Shown: positions 34,901 through 48,882 of the stretch, piece after piece | How the letters are laid out: every line of letters starts with the position of its first letter | Numbering within the stretch: the first letter of the stretch is position 1 | DNA from: Perkinsela sp. CCAP 1560/9 | Lineage: Eukaryota; Protista; Euglenozoa: Kinetoplastea | Assembly (NCBI GenBank): GCA_965644495.1 | Contig: CBFFSA010000015.1 | Location: 1 to 64,000 of the forward strand | Reading direction: 5' to 3' | Length of the DNA stretch: 64,000 nucleotides | The notes under the pieces: model-generated | Databases searched by the model: none | What the model was told of the DNA's origin: nothing | The model's input: the letters and a program-made list of their open reading frames with translations, nothing else | Program-made: the position numbers and the translations under genes

Positions 34901-37900
34901 ATTTTTTTTGTCATTTTTTTCGCCAAGTTGAAATTTTTTGCAAAATTTTTTTTCCGAAAAAATCCCAACTTGGCGGACCCGTTCTGCGGATACGCGGGGG
35001 GGTCACCCCCGGGTAGGGGGGTGGAAAATGCGCGCCAAGACCCCGGCTACCCTTTCTGCGGTTTTTTTTCGAAAACTAATTTTTTCGAAAAAAATTGCTC
35101 GACCATGACCCCCCCAAAGAAATCTTTAACAATGTTAAGAGTTTCCCTTGTCGACGAGGTCTGGATGCAAAGAGTTTCCCTGTACAAACGGCAAATTCTA
35201 CGTAGCGTACGCCACGGATTAGAACGGTTTCGCCGCAGACCTGCTTCAATTTCGGCGCTTTCTTGCCCAATCTGCGCCTCAATTTCTTCTCCGTTCTCTT
35301 TTAGCACTTCCTTGAAGTGGTCCGGTTTTCGACTCTGAAGAAATAAGTCGCGAAACCCTGAGATGCGCGGTGTTTCTGTACCCGGTGGTGCGGTTTCTGT
35401 CCCTGTAGGTGCGTTGGTCGTTTTTGGGGTTTGGTCCTTTTTTGAGAGTCTTTTCGCTGCGTGCACCATATTTTCCGATAAGTGTTCCCATGTGATCTCT
35501 TCCTCTTTCTTCGCCATTTCCCACACTGCTTGCTGGAAGGATGCCTTCTTCTCTTCATCTCCAAGTCTTGGGCAGGGTACCTTGCTTTGCCCCCCTGTAC
35601 CTTTAGAACGCCACTTGATTTTCACATCAGCCATAACGACGCAGTGTACTGTAGGCACTGGCGCCTTGAGTACTTTGTGCCTCCTAATGCTGGAGGCAAA
35701 GCGCTCACTAACCATGATGTGGTCAAGCTGTCTCCGCACCTTGTTGTCCCCACGCCTTTTGCTACCTCCCTTGTTGCCGATCTCTCCTTTTACATGTATG
35801 TACTCGCAGGCCTTGTCCCCATTTTCCTCACCTTCCCTGCCCCTCTTCACAATACCGTTGTTATCCGTCCCCTCTGGCTCTGATCCTTTCCTTCCCATTT
35901 CCACCTTTCCTTCTTCCCCCTTCTGCCCCAACTTCTCTGTTCCTACGTTGCGACGGTCCTTTGTCTCCGCCCCCCTGCCCGGCAACTCAAATGTCCATTT
36001 CCTCTTGCTCGGGCAGAGGGTGTGTGCTTACTTGCAGCTAATGGAGCACAAGAGGCCTTTCAGCTGAGAGACCGCTGGGGGATCCATGCTCGGATTTGTC
36101 ACGAGCGTTATCGGTGCATTGAAATCCCCCATGAACAATAAAGGTCTGCGTTTCCGTTCAGCCTTGACCTCACGACACGCCTTGTCAAAGTCACCCATAA
36201 ATGCCGCATGAACGGCTTCTGAGGAGTCCCTTATGGGGGCATAGGCATTGAACAAAGTGCCAGTACCCTCCTCCAGGGGATACTCAGCTCCCATCACCCT
36301 GTTGCTCACCATCCAAACCTTCCGAAACGCATGCCGGCTCACTATGGCCATGCCATTATATGAATCGCGTGCGGCGGCCGACTGCAAATACAGGTGAAAC
36401 CTATCCCCTAGGTTTTCAACCTGCCTGTAGAGGATTCCATCCTCATGTTCTTCCTTCGAGAAATTATATTTTGCCTCCTTTAGGCACATGACAACAACCC
36501 ACCTTACCTGCATGAAAGCGAGCACCTCGTTCAAACGGGTGCATCTTCGAAGAGAGAATTCATCTTCCCCCTCGAGTTTTAACGTCGTAACGTTAAGCGT
36601 TGCAAAGGTTGTGTTCTCCTTCACAGCGGAACCTTTGAGGTTCTCCGAATCTCGTTGGGCGTGTGTGCCACGCGACGCCCAGTGTGACCGAGGGCGGTGA
36701 CGGGAGCTCCTTCGTTTTGCCTTTTCCGGGTTACTCACCTGCACCGCGCAGAGCACGACACCTGTATTCGGTAAGGAGGGAAAGGGGAGAGTCGTGTGCG
36801 GCCTCTCCACGTACGGAACACGAAATGTACCGGCCAAAGGTTCCTCGAGTTACCGAGGATCCCCCCTGAGTATGCCAGCCTACGCTTTTAAGATAAGACG
36901 GCCCCTCACACACGACCTCGCCCTCCCAAACAAACAGAGTCTCGCAACAGTTGTAGTGTCTCCACGCGACGCGAAGATGAGCCCCAACGCGGACAAACTT
37001 ACAGAGCGCTCGCACCGCCCTCTGGCGGAGTTTAGCTGGCCCCTCTCGCTCGGGTGAACGAAAGATGACCCCCCGACTACGCTTGGTGCGTGTAAGGGTT
37101 TCAAAAGCCTCTGTCCCCTTACACGTGCCGGAAGCATCCGCCATGTTTTTATAATTAGATTACAAAAAACGATGGTCTTACAAAAAACGATGGTCTTACA
37201 AAAAACGATGGTCTTACAAAAGACGATGGTCTTACAAAAAACGATGGTCTTACAAAAGAAGAAGAAGAAGACACGGAGGGCTCTGCAGCGCCAACCGTTA
37301 GAGTCTCAGGTCACCGACCTTCATCGTCTTGCTTCCCCCTTCCCAGACGGCACTCGACGCCTTGCGGCCCGAGCACGGCTACCCAACCGTAGCTACCAGT
37401 ACGGGCGTCCACCCCGTTGCATCGTGTAGGCTGTGTCTCAAGCCTTCTTTGCGTAAGCGGCTCGCAATTTAGCGGCTGCGCTGGAGCCTGGTTCAGCTCG
37501 GCAGTTCTGGGTCGGGTACTCCAGGGGAGCGGGGTTGGGTGTGGGCCTTGAAGGCACTCCTGATCGCTTTCCCTTGTAGTGAGGCCGCCAGGTTGCGAGT
37601 TTTGTCGATAGCGGGAATCGAACCAACAACCTGCAGGTTGTAAGGCCCACCGTCTACCAACCACGCCCGCAGTTTCCTGACCACAGAATCCCGGGCATAC
37701 TATGTTTAACGGCGCCATCGGCAGACTTACCCCCAGTCGCATCATCATCGTGTAGCGAAAAAGATATGGATTGACGTAGTTATTTGTGCTTTCTAAGTGT
37801 ACATTTGCCTCTTTGCTTCGATTAATAATTTTCTTTTTTAGGCTCTTCGTTAAACGCGGTGGTTGTTTTCAACTTAGAAGTCACTCATGCTGCGCGCTTC

Positions 37901-40900
37901 GCGTTGAAAACTACCGCCGCGTTTAACGAAGAGCCTAAAAAAGAAAATTTAGCCTGGAAAACGGAAAGATTATAGCCAAAAATTGCCGAATTTCGGGTAA
38001 AAATGGGGTAATTTTCGCGTATTTTTGCTCTCAGAGCACTAAATCCGACATTTGCGCGTGGGAAATCACTCGTAGGCATGAATGAAAGCCTACCGAACGT
38101 ATTGGGTAGAGAATACGACTCCAACCATACCATTCTTTCGACACAAAAATGCCCCTTTAGGTCCGAAAAATACTTTTTCACCATTTTTAGTCAAAAGTGG
38201 GTCATTTTGAGGGGCGCACCACAGTTTGAAGAAGGGATACCTTGCGAAAACAACTGCGGAGAAAGCTAGTGTAGGTCCCAAACTATCAAAATACAATAGG
38301 GGAAACGATTTTGGAAAAATATTTTTTTTGTCATTTTTTTCGCCAAGTTGAAATTTTTTGCAAAATTTTTTTTCCGAAAAAATCCCAACTTGGCGGACCC
38401 GTTCTGCGGATACGCGGGGGGGTCACCCCCGGGTAGGGGGGTGGAAAATGCGCGCCAAGACCCCGGCTACCTTTTCTGCGGTTTTTTTTCGAAAACTAAT
38501 TTTTTCGAAAAAAATTGCTCGACCATGACCCCCCCAAAGAAATCTTTAACAATGTTAAGAGTTTCCCTTGTCGACGAGGTCTGGATGCAAAGAGTTTCCC
38601 TGTACAAACGGCAAATTCTACGTAGCGTACGCCACGGATTAGAACGGTTTCGCCGCAGACCTGCTTCAATTTCGGCGCTTTCTTGCCCAATCTGCGCCTC
38701 AATTTCTTCTCCGTGCTCTTTTAGCACTTCCTTGAAGTGGTCCGGTTTTCGACTCTGAAGAAATAAGTCGCGAAACCCTGAGATGCGCGGTGTTTCTGTA
38801 CCCGGTGGTGCGGTTTCTGTCCCTGTAGGTGCGTTGGTCGTTTTTGGGGTTTGGTCCTTTTTTGAGAGTCTTTTCGCTGCGTGCACCATATTTTCCGATA
38901 AGTGTTCCCATGTGATCTCTTCCTCTTTCTTCGCCATTTCCCACACTGCTTGCTGGAAGGATGCCTTCTTCTCTTCATCTCCAAGTCTTGGGCAGGGTAC
39001 CTTGCTTTGCCCCCCTGTACCTTTAGAACGCCACTTGATTTTCACATCAGCCATAACGACGCAGTGTACTGTAGGCACTGGCGCCTTGAGTACTTTGTGC
39101 CTCCTAATGCTGGAGGCAAAGCGCTCACTAACCATGATGTGGTCAAGCTGTCTCCGCACCTTGTTGTCCCCACGCCTTTTGCTACCTCCCTTGTTGCCGA
39201 TCTCTCCTTTTACATGTATGTACTCGCAGGCCTTGTCCCCATTTTCCTCACCTTCCCTGCCCCTCTTCACAATACCGTTGTTATCCGTCCCCTCTGGCTC
39301 TGATCCTTTCCTTCCCATTTCCACCTTTCCTTCTTCCCCCTTCTGCCCCAACTTCTCTGTTCCTACGTTGCGACGGTCCTTTGTCTCCGCCCCCCTGCCC
39401 GGCAACTCAAATGTCCATTTCCTCTTGCTCGGGCAGAGGGTGTGTGCTTACTTGCAGCTAATGGAGCACAAGAGGCCTTTCAGCTGAGAGACCGCTGGGG
39501 GATCCATGCTCGGATTTGTCACGAGCGTTATCGGTGCATTGAAATCCCCCATGAACAATAAAGGTCTGCGTTTCCGTTCAGCCTTGACCTCACGACACGC
39601 CTTGTCAAAGTCACCCATAAATGCCGCATGAACGGCTTCTGAGGAGTCCCTTATGGGGGCATAGGCATTGAACAAAGTGCCAGTACCCTCCTCCAGGGGA
39701 TACTCAGCTCCCATCACCCTGTTGCTCACCATCCAAACCTTCCGAAACGCATGCCGGCTCACTATGGCCATGCCATTATATGAATCGCGTGCGGCGGCCG
39801 ACTGCAAATACAGGTGAAACCTATCCCCTAGGTTTTCAACCTGCCTGTAGAGGATTCCATCCTCATGTTCTTCCTTCGAGAAATTATATTTTGCCTCCTT
39901 TAGGCACATGACAACAACCCACCTTACCTGCATGAAAGCGAGCACCTCGTTCAAACGGGTGCATCTTCGAAGAGAGAATTCATCTTCCCCCTCGAGTTTT
40001 AACGTCGTAACGTTAAGCGTTGCAAAGGTTGTGTTCTCCTTCACAGCGGAACCTTTGAGGTTCTCCGAATCTCGTTGGGCGTGTGTGCCACGCGACGCCC
40101 AGTGTGACCGAGGGCGGTGACGGGAGCTCCTTCGTTTTGCCTTTTCCGGGTTACTCACCTGCACCGCGCAGAGCACGACACCTGTATTCGGTAAGGAGGG
40201 AAAGGGGAGAGTCGTGTGCGGCCTCTCCACGTACGGAACACGAAATGTACCGGCCAAAGGTTCCTCGAGTTACCGAGGATCCCCCCTGAGTATGCCAGCC
40301 TACGCTTTTAAGATAAGACGGCCCCTCACACACGACCTCGCCCTCCCAAACAAACAGAGTCTCGCAACAGTTGTAGTGTCTCCACGCGACGCGAAGATGA
40401 GCCCCAACGCGGACAAACTTACAGAGCGCTCGCACCGCCCTCTGGCGGAGTTTAGCTGGCCCCTCTCGCTCGGGTGAACGAAAGATGACCCCCCGACTAC
40501 GCTTGGTGCGTGTAAGGGTTTCAAAAGCCTCTGTCCCCTTACACGTGCCGGAAGCATCCGCCATGTTTTTATAATTAGATTACAAAAAACGATGGTCTTA
40601 CAAAAAACGATGGTCTTACAAAAAACGATGGTCTTACAAAAGACGATGGTCTTACAAAAAACGAGGGTCTTACAAAAGAAGAAGAAGAAGACACGGAGGG
40701 CTCTGCAGCGCCAACCGTTAGAGTCTCAGGTCACCGACCTTCATCGTCTTGCTTCCCCCTTCCCAGACGGCACTCGACGCCTTGCGGCCCGAGCACGGCT
40801 ACCCAACCGTAGCTACCAGTACGGGCGTCCACCCCGTTGCATCGTGTAGGCTGTGTCTCAAGCCTTATTTGCGTAAGCGGCTCGCAATTTAGCGGCTGCG

Positions 40901-43900
40901 CTGGAGCCTGGTTCAGCTCGGCAGTTCTGGGTCGGGTACTCCAGGGGAGCGGGGTTGGGTGTGGGCCTTGAAGGCACTCCTGATCGCTTTCCCTTGTAGT
41001 GAGGCCGCCAGGTTGCGAGTTTTGTCGATAGCGGGAATCGAACCAACAACCTGCAGGTTGTAAGGCCCACCGTCTACCAACCACGCCCGCAGTTTCCTGA
41101 CCACAGAATCCCGGGCATACTATGTTTAACGGCGCCATCGGCAGACTTACCCCCAGTCGCATCATCATCGTGTAGCGAAAAAGATATGGATTGACGTAGT
41201 TATTTGTGCTTTCTAAGTGTACATTTGCCTCTTTGCTTCGATTAATAATTTTCTTTTTTAGGCTCTTCGTTAAACGCGGTGGTTGTTTTCAACTTAGAAG
41301 TCACTCATGCTGCGCGCTTCGCGTTGAAAACTACCGCCGCGTTTAACGAAGAGCCTAAAAAAGAAAATTTAGCCTGGAAAACGGAAAGATTATAGCCAAA
41401 AATTGCCGAATTTCGGGTAAAAATGGGGTAATTTTCGCGTATTTTTGCTCTCAGAGCACTAAATCCGACATTTGCGCGTGGGAAATCACTCGTAGGCATG
41501 AATGAAAGCCTACCGAACGTATTGGGTAGAGAATACGACTCCAACCATACCATTCTTTCGACACAAAAATGCCCCTTTAGGTCCGAAAAATACTTTTTCA
41601 CCATTTTTAGTCAAAAGTGGGTCATTTTGAGGGGCGCACCACAGTTTGAAGAAGGGATACCTTGCGAAAACAACTGCGGAGAAAGCTAGTGTAGGTCCCA
41701 AACTATCAAAATACAATAGGGGAAACGATTTTGGAAAAATATTTTTTTTGTCATTTTTTTCGCCAAGTTGAAATTTTTTGCAAAATTTTTTTTCCGAAAA
41801 AATCCCAACTTGGCGGACCCGTTCTGCGGATACGCGGGGGGGTCACCCCCGGGTAGGGGGGTGGAAAATGCGCGCCAAGACCCCGGCTACCTTTTCTGCG
41901 GTTTTTTTTCGAAAACTAATTTTTTCGAAAAAAATTGCTCGACCATGACCCCCCCAAAGAAATCTTTAACAATGTTAAGAGTTTCCCTTGTCGACGAGGT
42001 CTGGATGCAAAGAGTTTCCCTGTACAAACGGCAAATTCTACGTAGCGTACGCCACGGATTAGAACGGTTTCGCCGCAGACCTGCTTCAATTTCGGCGCTT
42101 TCTTGCCCAATCTGCGCCTCAATTTCTTCTCCGTGCTCTTTTAGCACTTCCTTGAAGTGGTCCGGTTTTCGACTCTGAAGAAATAAGTCGCGAAACCCTG
42201 AGATGCGCGGTGTTTCTGTACCCGGTGGTGCGGTTTCTGTCCCTGTAGGTGCGTTGGTCGTTTTTGGGGTTTGGTCCTTTTTTGAGAGTCTTTTCGCTGC
42301 GTGCACCATATTTTCCGATAAGTGTTCCCATGTGATCTCTTCCTCTTTCTTCGCCATTTCCCACACTGCTTGCTGGAAGGATGCCTTCTTCTCTTCATCT
42401 CCAAGTCTTGGGCAGGGTACCTTGCTTTGCCCCCCTGTACCTTTAGAACGCCACTTGATTTTCACATCAGCCATAACGACGCAGTGTACTGTAGGCACTG
42501 GCGCCTTGAGTACTTTGTGCCTCCTAATGCTGGAGGCAAAGCGCTCACTAACCATGATGTGGTCAAGCTGTCTCCGCACCTTGTTGTCCCCACGCCTTTT
42601 GCTACCTCCCTTGTTGCCGATCTCTCCTTTTACATGTATGTACTCGCAGGCCTTGTCCCCATTTTCCTCACCTTCCCTGCCCCTCTTCACAATACCGTTG
42701 TTATCCGTCCCCTCTGGCTCTGATCCTTTCCTTCCCATTTCCACCTTTCCTTCTTCCCCCTTCTGCCCCAACTTCTCTGTTCCTACGTTGCGACGGTCCT
42801 TTGTCTCCGCCCCCCTGCCCGGCAACTCAAATGTCCATTTCCTCTTGCTCGGGCAGAGGGTGTGTGCTTACTTGCAGCTAATGGAGCACAAGAGGCCTTT
42901 CAGCTGAGAGACCGCTGGGGGATCCATGCTCGGATTTGTCACGAGCGTTATCGGTGCATTGAAATCCCCCATGAACAATAAAGGTCTGCGTTTCCGTTCA
43001 GCCTTGACCTCACGACACGCCTTGTCAAAGTCACCCATAAATGCCGCATGAACGGCTTCTGAGGAGTCCCTTATGGGGGCATAGGCATTGAACAAAGTGC
43101 CAGTACCCTCCTCCAGGGGATACTCAGCTCCCATCACCCTGTTGCTCACCATCCAAACCTTCCGAAACGCATGCCGGCTCACTATGGCCATGCCATTATA
43201 TGAATCGCGTGCGGCGGCCGACTGCAAATACAGGTGAAACCTATCCCCTAGGTTTTCAACCTGCCTGTAGAGGATTCCATCCTCATGTTCTTCCTTCGAG
43301 AAATTATATTTTGCCTCCTTTAGGCACATAACAACAACCCACCTTACCTGCATGAAAGCAAGCACCTCGTTCAAACGGGTGCATCTTCGAAGAGAGAATT
43401 CATCTTCCCCCTCGAGTTTTAACGTCGTAACGTTAAGCGTTGCAAAGGTTGTGTTCTCCTTCACAGCGGAACCTTTGAGGTTCTCCGAATCTCGTTGGGC
43501 GTGTGTGCCACGCGACGCCCAGTGTGACCGAGGGCGGTGACGGGAGCTCCTTCGTTTTGCCTTTTCCGGGTTACTCACCTGCACCGCGCAGAGCACGACA
43601 CCTGTATTCGGTAAGGAGGGAAAGGGGAGAGTCGTGTGCGGCCTCTCCACGTACGGAACACGAAATGTACCGGCCAAAGGTTCCTCGAGTTACCGAGGAT
43701 CCCCCCTGAGTATGCCAGCCTACGCTTTTAAGATAAGACGGCCCCTCACACACGACCTCGCCCTCCCAAACAAACAGAGTCTCGCAACAGTTGTAGTGTC
43801 TCCACGCGACGCGAAGATGAGCCCCAACGCGGACAAACTTACAGAGCGCTCGCACCGCCCTCTGGCGGAGTTTAGCTGGCCCCTCTCGCTCGGGTGAACG

Positions 43901-46900
43901 AAAGATGACCCCCCGACTACGCTTGGTGCGTGTAAGGGTTTCAAAAGCCTCTGTCCCCTTACACGTGCCGGAAGCATCCGCCATGTTTTTATAATTAGAT
44001 TACAAAAAACGATGGTCTTACAAAAAACGATGGTCTTACAAAAAACGATGGTCTTACAAAAGACGATGGTCTTACAAAAAACGAGGGTCTTACAAAAGAA
44101 GAAGAAGAAGATACGGAGGGCTCTGCAGCGCCAACCGTTAGAGTCTCAGGTCACCGACCTTCATCGTCTTGCTTCCCCCTTCCCAGACGGCACTCGACGC
44201 CTTGCGGCCCGAGCACGGCTACCCAACCGTAGCTACCAGTACGGGCGTCCACCCCGTTGCATCGTGTAGGCTGTGTCTCAAGCCTTCTTTGCGTAAGCGG
44301 CTCGCAATTTAGCGGCTGCGCTGGAGCCTGGTTCAGCTCGGCAGTTCTGGGTCGGGTACTCCAGGGGAGCGGTGTTGGGTGTGGGCCTTGAAGGCACTCC
44401 TGATCGCTTTCCCTTGTAGTGAGGCCGCCAGGTTGCGAGTTTTGTCGATAGCGGGAATCGAACCAACAACCTGCAGGTTGTAAGGCCCACCGTCTACCAA
44501 CCACGCCCGCAGTTTCCTGACCACAGAATCCCGGGCATACTATGTTTAACGGCGCCATCGGCAGACTTACCCCCAGTCGCATCATCATCGTGTAGCGAAA
44601 AAGATATGGATTGACGTAGTTATTTGTGCTTTCTAAGTGTACATTTGCCTCTTTGCTTCGATTAATAATTTTCTTTTTTAGGCTCTTCGTTAAACGCGGT
44701 GGTTGTTTTCAACTTAGAAGTCACTCATGCTGCGCGCTTCGCGTTGAAAACTACCGCCGCGTTTAACGAAGAGCCTAAAAAAGAAAATTTAGCCTGGAAA
44801 ACGGAAAGATTATAGCCAAAAATTGCCGAATTTCGGGTAAAAATGGGGTAATTTTCGCGTATTTTTGCTCTCAGAGCACTAAATCCGACATTTGCGCGTG
44901 GGAAATCACTCGTAGGCATGAATGAAAGCCTACCGAACGTATTGGGTAGAGAATACGACTCCAACCATACCATTCTTTCGACACAAAAATGCCCCTTTAG
45001 GTCCGAAAAATACTTTTTCACCATTTTTAGTCAAAAGTGGGTCATTTTGAGGGGCGCACCACAGTTTGAAGAAGGGATACCTTGCGAAAACAACTGCGGA
45101 GAAAGCTAGTGTAGGTCCCAAACTATCAAAATACAATAGGGGAAACGATTTTGGAAAAATATTTTTTTTGTCATTTTTTTCGCCAAGTTGAAATTTTTTG
45201 CAAAATTTTTTTTCCGAAAAAATCCCAACTTGGCGGACCCGTTCTGCGGATACGCGGGGGGGTCACCCCCGGGTAGGGGGGTGGAAAATGCGCGCCAAGA
45301 CCCCGGCTACCTTTTCTGCGGTTTTTTTTCGAAAACTAATTTTTTCGAAAAAAATTGCTCGACCATGACCCCCCCAAAGAAATCTTTAACAATGTTAAGA
45401 GTTTCCCTTGTCGACGAGGTCTGGATGCAAAGAGTTTCCCTGTACAAACGGCAAATTCTACGTAGCGTACGCCACGGATTAGAACGGTTTCGCCGCAGAC
45501 ATGCTTCAATTTCGGCGCTTTCTTGCCCAATCTGCGCCTCAATTTCTTCTCCGTGCTCTTTTAGCACTTCCTTGAAGTGGTCCGGTTTTCGACTCTGAAG
45601 AAATAAGTCGCGAAACCCTGAGATGCGCGGTGTTTCTGTACCCGGTGGTGCGGTTTCTGTCCCTGTAGATGCGTTGGTCGTTTTTGGGGTTTGGTCCTTT
45701 TTTGAGAGTCTTTTCGCTGCGTGCACCATATTTTCCGATAAGTGTTCCCATGTGATCTCTTCCTCTTTCTTCGCCATTTCCCACACTGCTTGCTGGAAGG
45801 ATGCCTTCTTCTCTTCATCTCCAAGTCTTGGGCAGGGTACCTTGCTTTGCCCCCCTGTACCTTTAGAACGCCACTTGATTTTCACATCAGCCATAACGAC
45901 GCAGTGTACTGTAGGCACTGGCGCCTTGAGTACTTTGTGCCTCCTAATGCTGGAGGCAAAGCGCTCACTAACCATGATGTGGTCAAGCTGTCTCCGCACC
46001 TTGTTGTCCCCACGCCTTTTGCTACCTCCCTTGTTGCCGATCTCTCCTTTTACATGTATGTACTCGCAGGCCTTGTCCCCATTTTCCTCACCTTCCCTGC
46101 CCCTCTTCACAATACCGTTGTTATCCGTCCCCTCTGGCTCTGATCCTTTCCTTCCCATTTCCACCTTTCCTTCTTCCCCCTTCTGCCCCAACTTCTCTGT
46201 TCCTACGTTGCGACGGTCCTTTGTCTCCGCCCCCCTGCCCGGCAACTCAAATGTCCATTTCCTCTTGCTCGGGCAGAGGGTGTGTGCTTACTTGCAGCTA
46301 ATGGAGCACAAGAGGCCTTTCAGCTGAGAGACCGCTGGGGGATCCATGCTCGGATTTGTCACGAGCGTTATCGGTGCATTGAAATCCCCCATGAACAATA
46401 AAGGTCTGCGTTTCCGTTCAGCCTTGACCTCACGACACGCCTTGTCAAAGTCACCCATAAATGCCGCATGAACGGCTTCTGAGGAGTCCCTTATGGGGGA
46501 ATAGGCATTGAACAAAGTGCCAGTACCCTCCTCCAGGGGATACTCAGCTCCCATCACCCTGTTGCTCACCATCCAAACCTTCCGAAACGCATGCCGGCTC
46601 ACTATGGCCATGCCATTATATGAATCGCGTGCGGCGGCCGACTGCAAATACAGGTGAAACCTATCCCCTAGGTTTTCAACCTGCCTGTAGAGGATTCCAT
46701 CCTCATGTTCTTCCTTCGAGAAATTATATTTTGCCTCCTTTAGGCACATGACAACAACCCACCTTACCTGCATGAAAGCGAGCACCTCGTTCAAACGGGT
46801 GCATCTTCGAAGAGAGAATTCATCTTCCCCCTCGAGTTTTAACGTCGTAACGTTAAGCGTTGCAAAGGTTGTGTTCTCCTTCACAGCGGAACCTTTGAGG

Positions 46901-48088
46901 TTCTCCGAATCTCGTTGGGCGTGTGTGCCACGCGACGCCCAGTGTGACCGAGGGCGGTGACGGGAGCTCCTTCGTTTTGCCTTTTCCGGGTTACTCACCT
47001 GCACCGCGCAGAGCACGACACCTGTATTCGGTAAGGAGGGAAAGGGGAGAGTCGTGTGCGGCCTCTCCACGTACGGAACACGAAATGTACCGGCCAAAGG
47101 TTCCTCGAGTTACCGAGGATCCCCCCTGAGTATGCCAGCCTACGCTTTTAAGATAAGACGGCCCCTCACACACGACCTCGCCCTCCCAAACAAACAGAGT
47201 CTCGCAACAGTTGTAGTGTCTCCACGCGACGCGAAGATGAGCCCCAACGCGGACAAACTTACAGAGCGCTCGCACCGCCCTCTGGCGGAGTTTAGCTGGC
47301 CCCTCTCGCTCGGGTGAACGAAAGATGACCCCCCGACTACGCTTGGTGCGTGTAAGGGTTTCAAAAGCCTCTGTCCCCTTACACGTGCCGGAAGCATCCG
47401 CCATGTTTTTATAATTAGATTACAAAAAACGATGGTCTTACAAAAAACGATGGTCTTACAAAAAACGATGGTCTTACAAAAGACGATGGTCTTACAAAAA
47501 ACGATGGTCTTACAAAAGAAGAAGAAGAAGACACGGAGGGCTCTGCAGCGCCAACCGTTAGAGTCTCAGGTCACCGACCTTCATCGTCTTGCTTCCCCCT
47601 TCCCAGACGGCACTCGACGCCTTGCGGCCCGAGCACGGCTACCCAACCGTAGCTACCAGTACGGGCGTCCACCCCGTTGCATCGTGTAGGCTGTGTCTCA
47701 AGCCTTCTTTGCGTAAGCGGCTCGCAATTTAGCGGCTGCGCTGGAGCCTGGTTCAGCTCGGCAGTTCTGGGTCGGGTACTCCAGGGGAGCGGGGTTGGGT
47801 GTGGGCCTTGAAGGCACTCCTGATCGCTTTCCCTTGTAGTGAGGCCGCCAGGTTGCGAGTTTTGTCGATAGCGGGAATCGAACCAACAACCTGCAGGTTG
47901 TAAGGCCCACCGTCTACCAACCACGCCCGCAGTTTCCTGACCACAGAATCCCGGGCATACTATGTTTAACGGCGCCATCGGCAGACTTACCCCCAGTCGC
48001 ATCATCATCGTGTAGCGAAAAAGATATGGATTGACGTAGTTATTTGTGCTTTCTAAGTGTACATTTGCCTCTTTGCTTCGATTAATAA

Positions 48089-48785
48089 TTTTCTTTTTTA
48101 GGCTCTTCGTTAAACGCGGTGGTTGTTTTCAACTTAGAAGTCACTCATGCTGCGCGCTTCGCGTTGAAAACTACCGCCGCGTTTAACGAAGAGCCTAAAA
48201 AAGAAAATTTAGCTTGGAAAACGGAAAGATCTGCGGAAAGATTCTGCGTTTTTTTTTCGAAAACTAATTTGCTCGACCGTGACCCCCCCCCCTGGACCCC
48301 TGAGTCGTCGCCGCGGCAAAAAGACAGAAGGCTCCGCCTTCTTCCTTTTTGCCTTGCGCCCCCTCCTTCCTCTACGGCCTTGCGTGTCACACACTTCCAG
48401 GTAAATTTTGGCCTTTGTAGGTGTATTACCTGCACAGGGTGGAGAAGCATCGAATGAAATCAAAGCGTACATGGCTATATCAGGCCCCAAACTCTCAAAA
48501 AAAGGTCTAGGAGTTGATTTCGGAAAAATGTATTTTTTTGACTTTCACCCATAAATTTTCAGTTTTTCAAAATTTCAAAAATTGCTATGATCACCCTGGT
48601 AGGGAGGGGGGGGGGCATGGGGTACCCATCGGAATTGTTGAAAAACTAGTAATCTTGTAACTGAATTCGATTCACACGTCTTTGTAAACATTCTTTTCGA
48701 AAACGCACCTGAAACGAAATCGGGCCACAAATCGGGCACGAAATCGGGCCACAAATCGTTAGCGAGGGAATATTATCTCCCTCAA
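48089..48785 (-). mobile_element. Chimeric element: family F 5' end joined to the family E 3' palindrome
   Basis: TTGAGGGAGATAA start at 48785, F body to ~48300, then short E pieces and the E palindrome 48089-48210. Confidence 0.7.
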
Positions 48786-48882
48786 CTAGCTAAAGGTAAA
48801 ATGCGTAGCTACAGGTACAATAAAAATTCCGAAAAATAACGAAAATAGTGCAAAAAAGAATATGGCGCCGCTTCGCGGCGCT

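Larger units (their letters stand above)
23755..48232. repeat. Higher-order tandem array A-B-A-B-B-B-B-B (A = 1907 bp, B = 3420 bp)
   Basis: E palindromes start at 23755, 25662, 29082, 30989, 34409, 37829, 41249, 44669 and 48089; ORF track offsets of 5327 and 3420. Confidence 0.97.
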
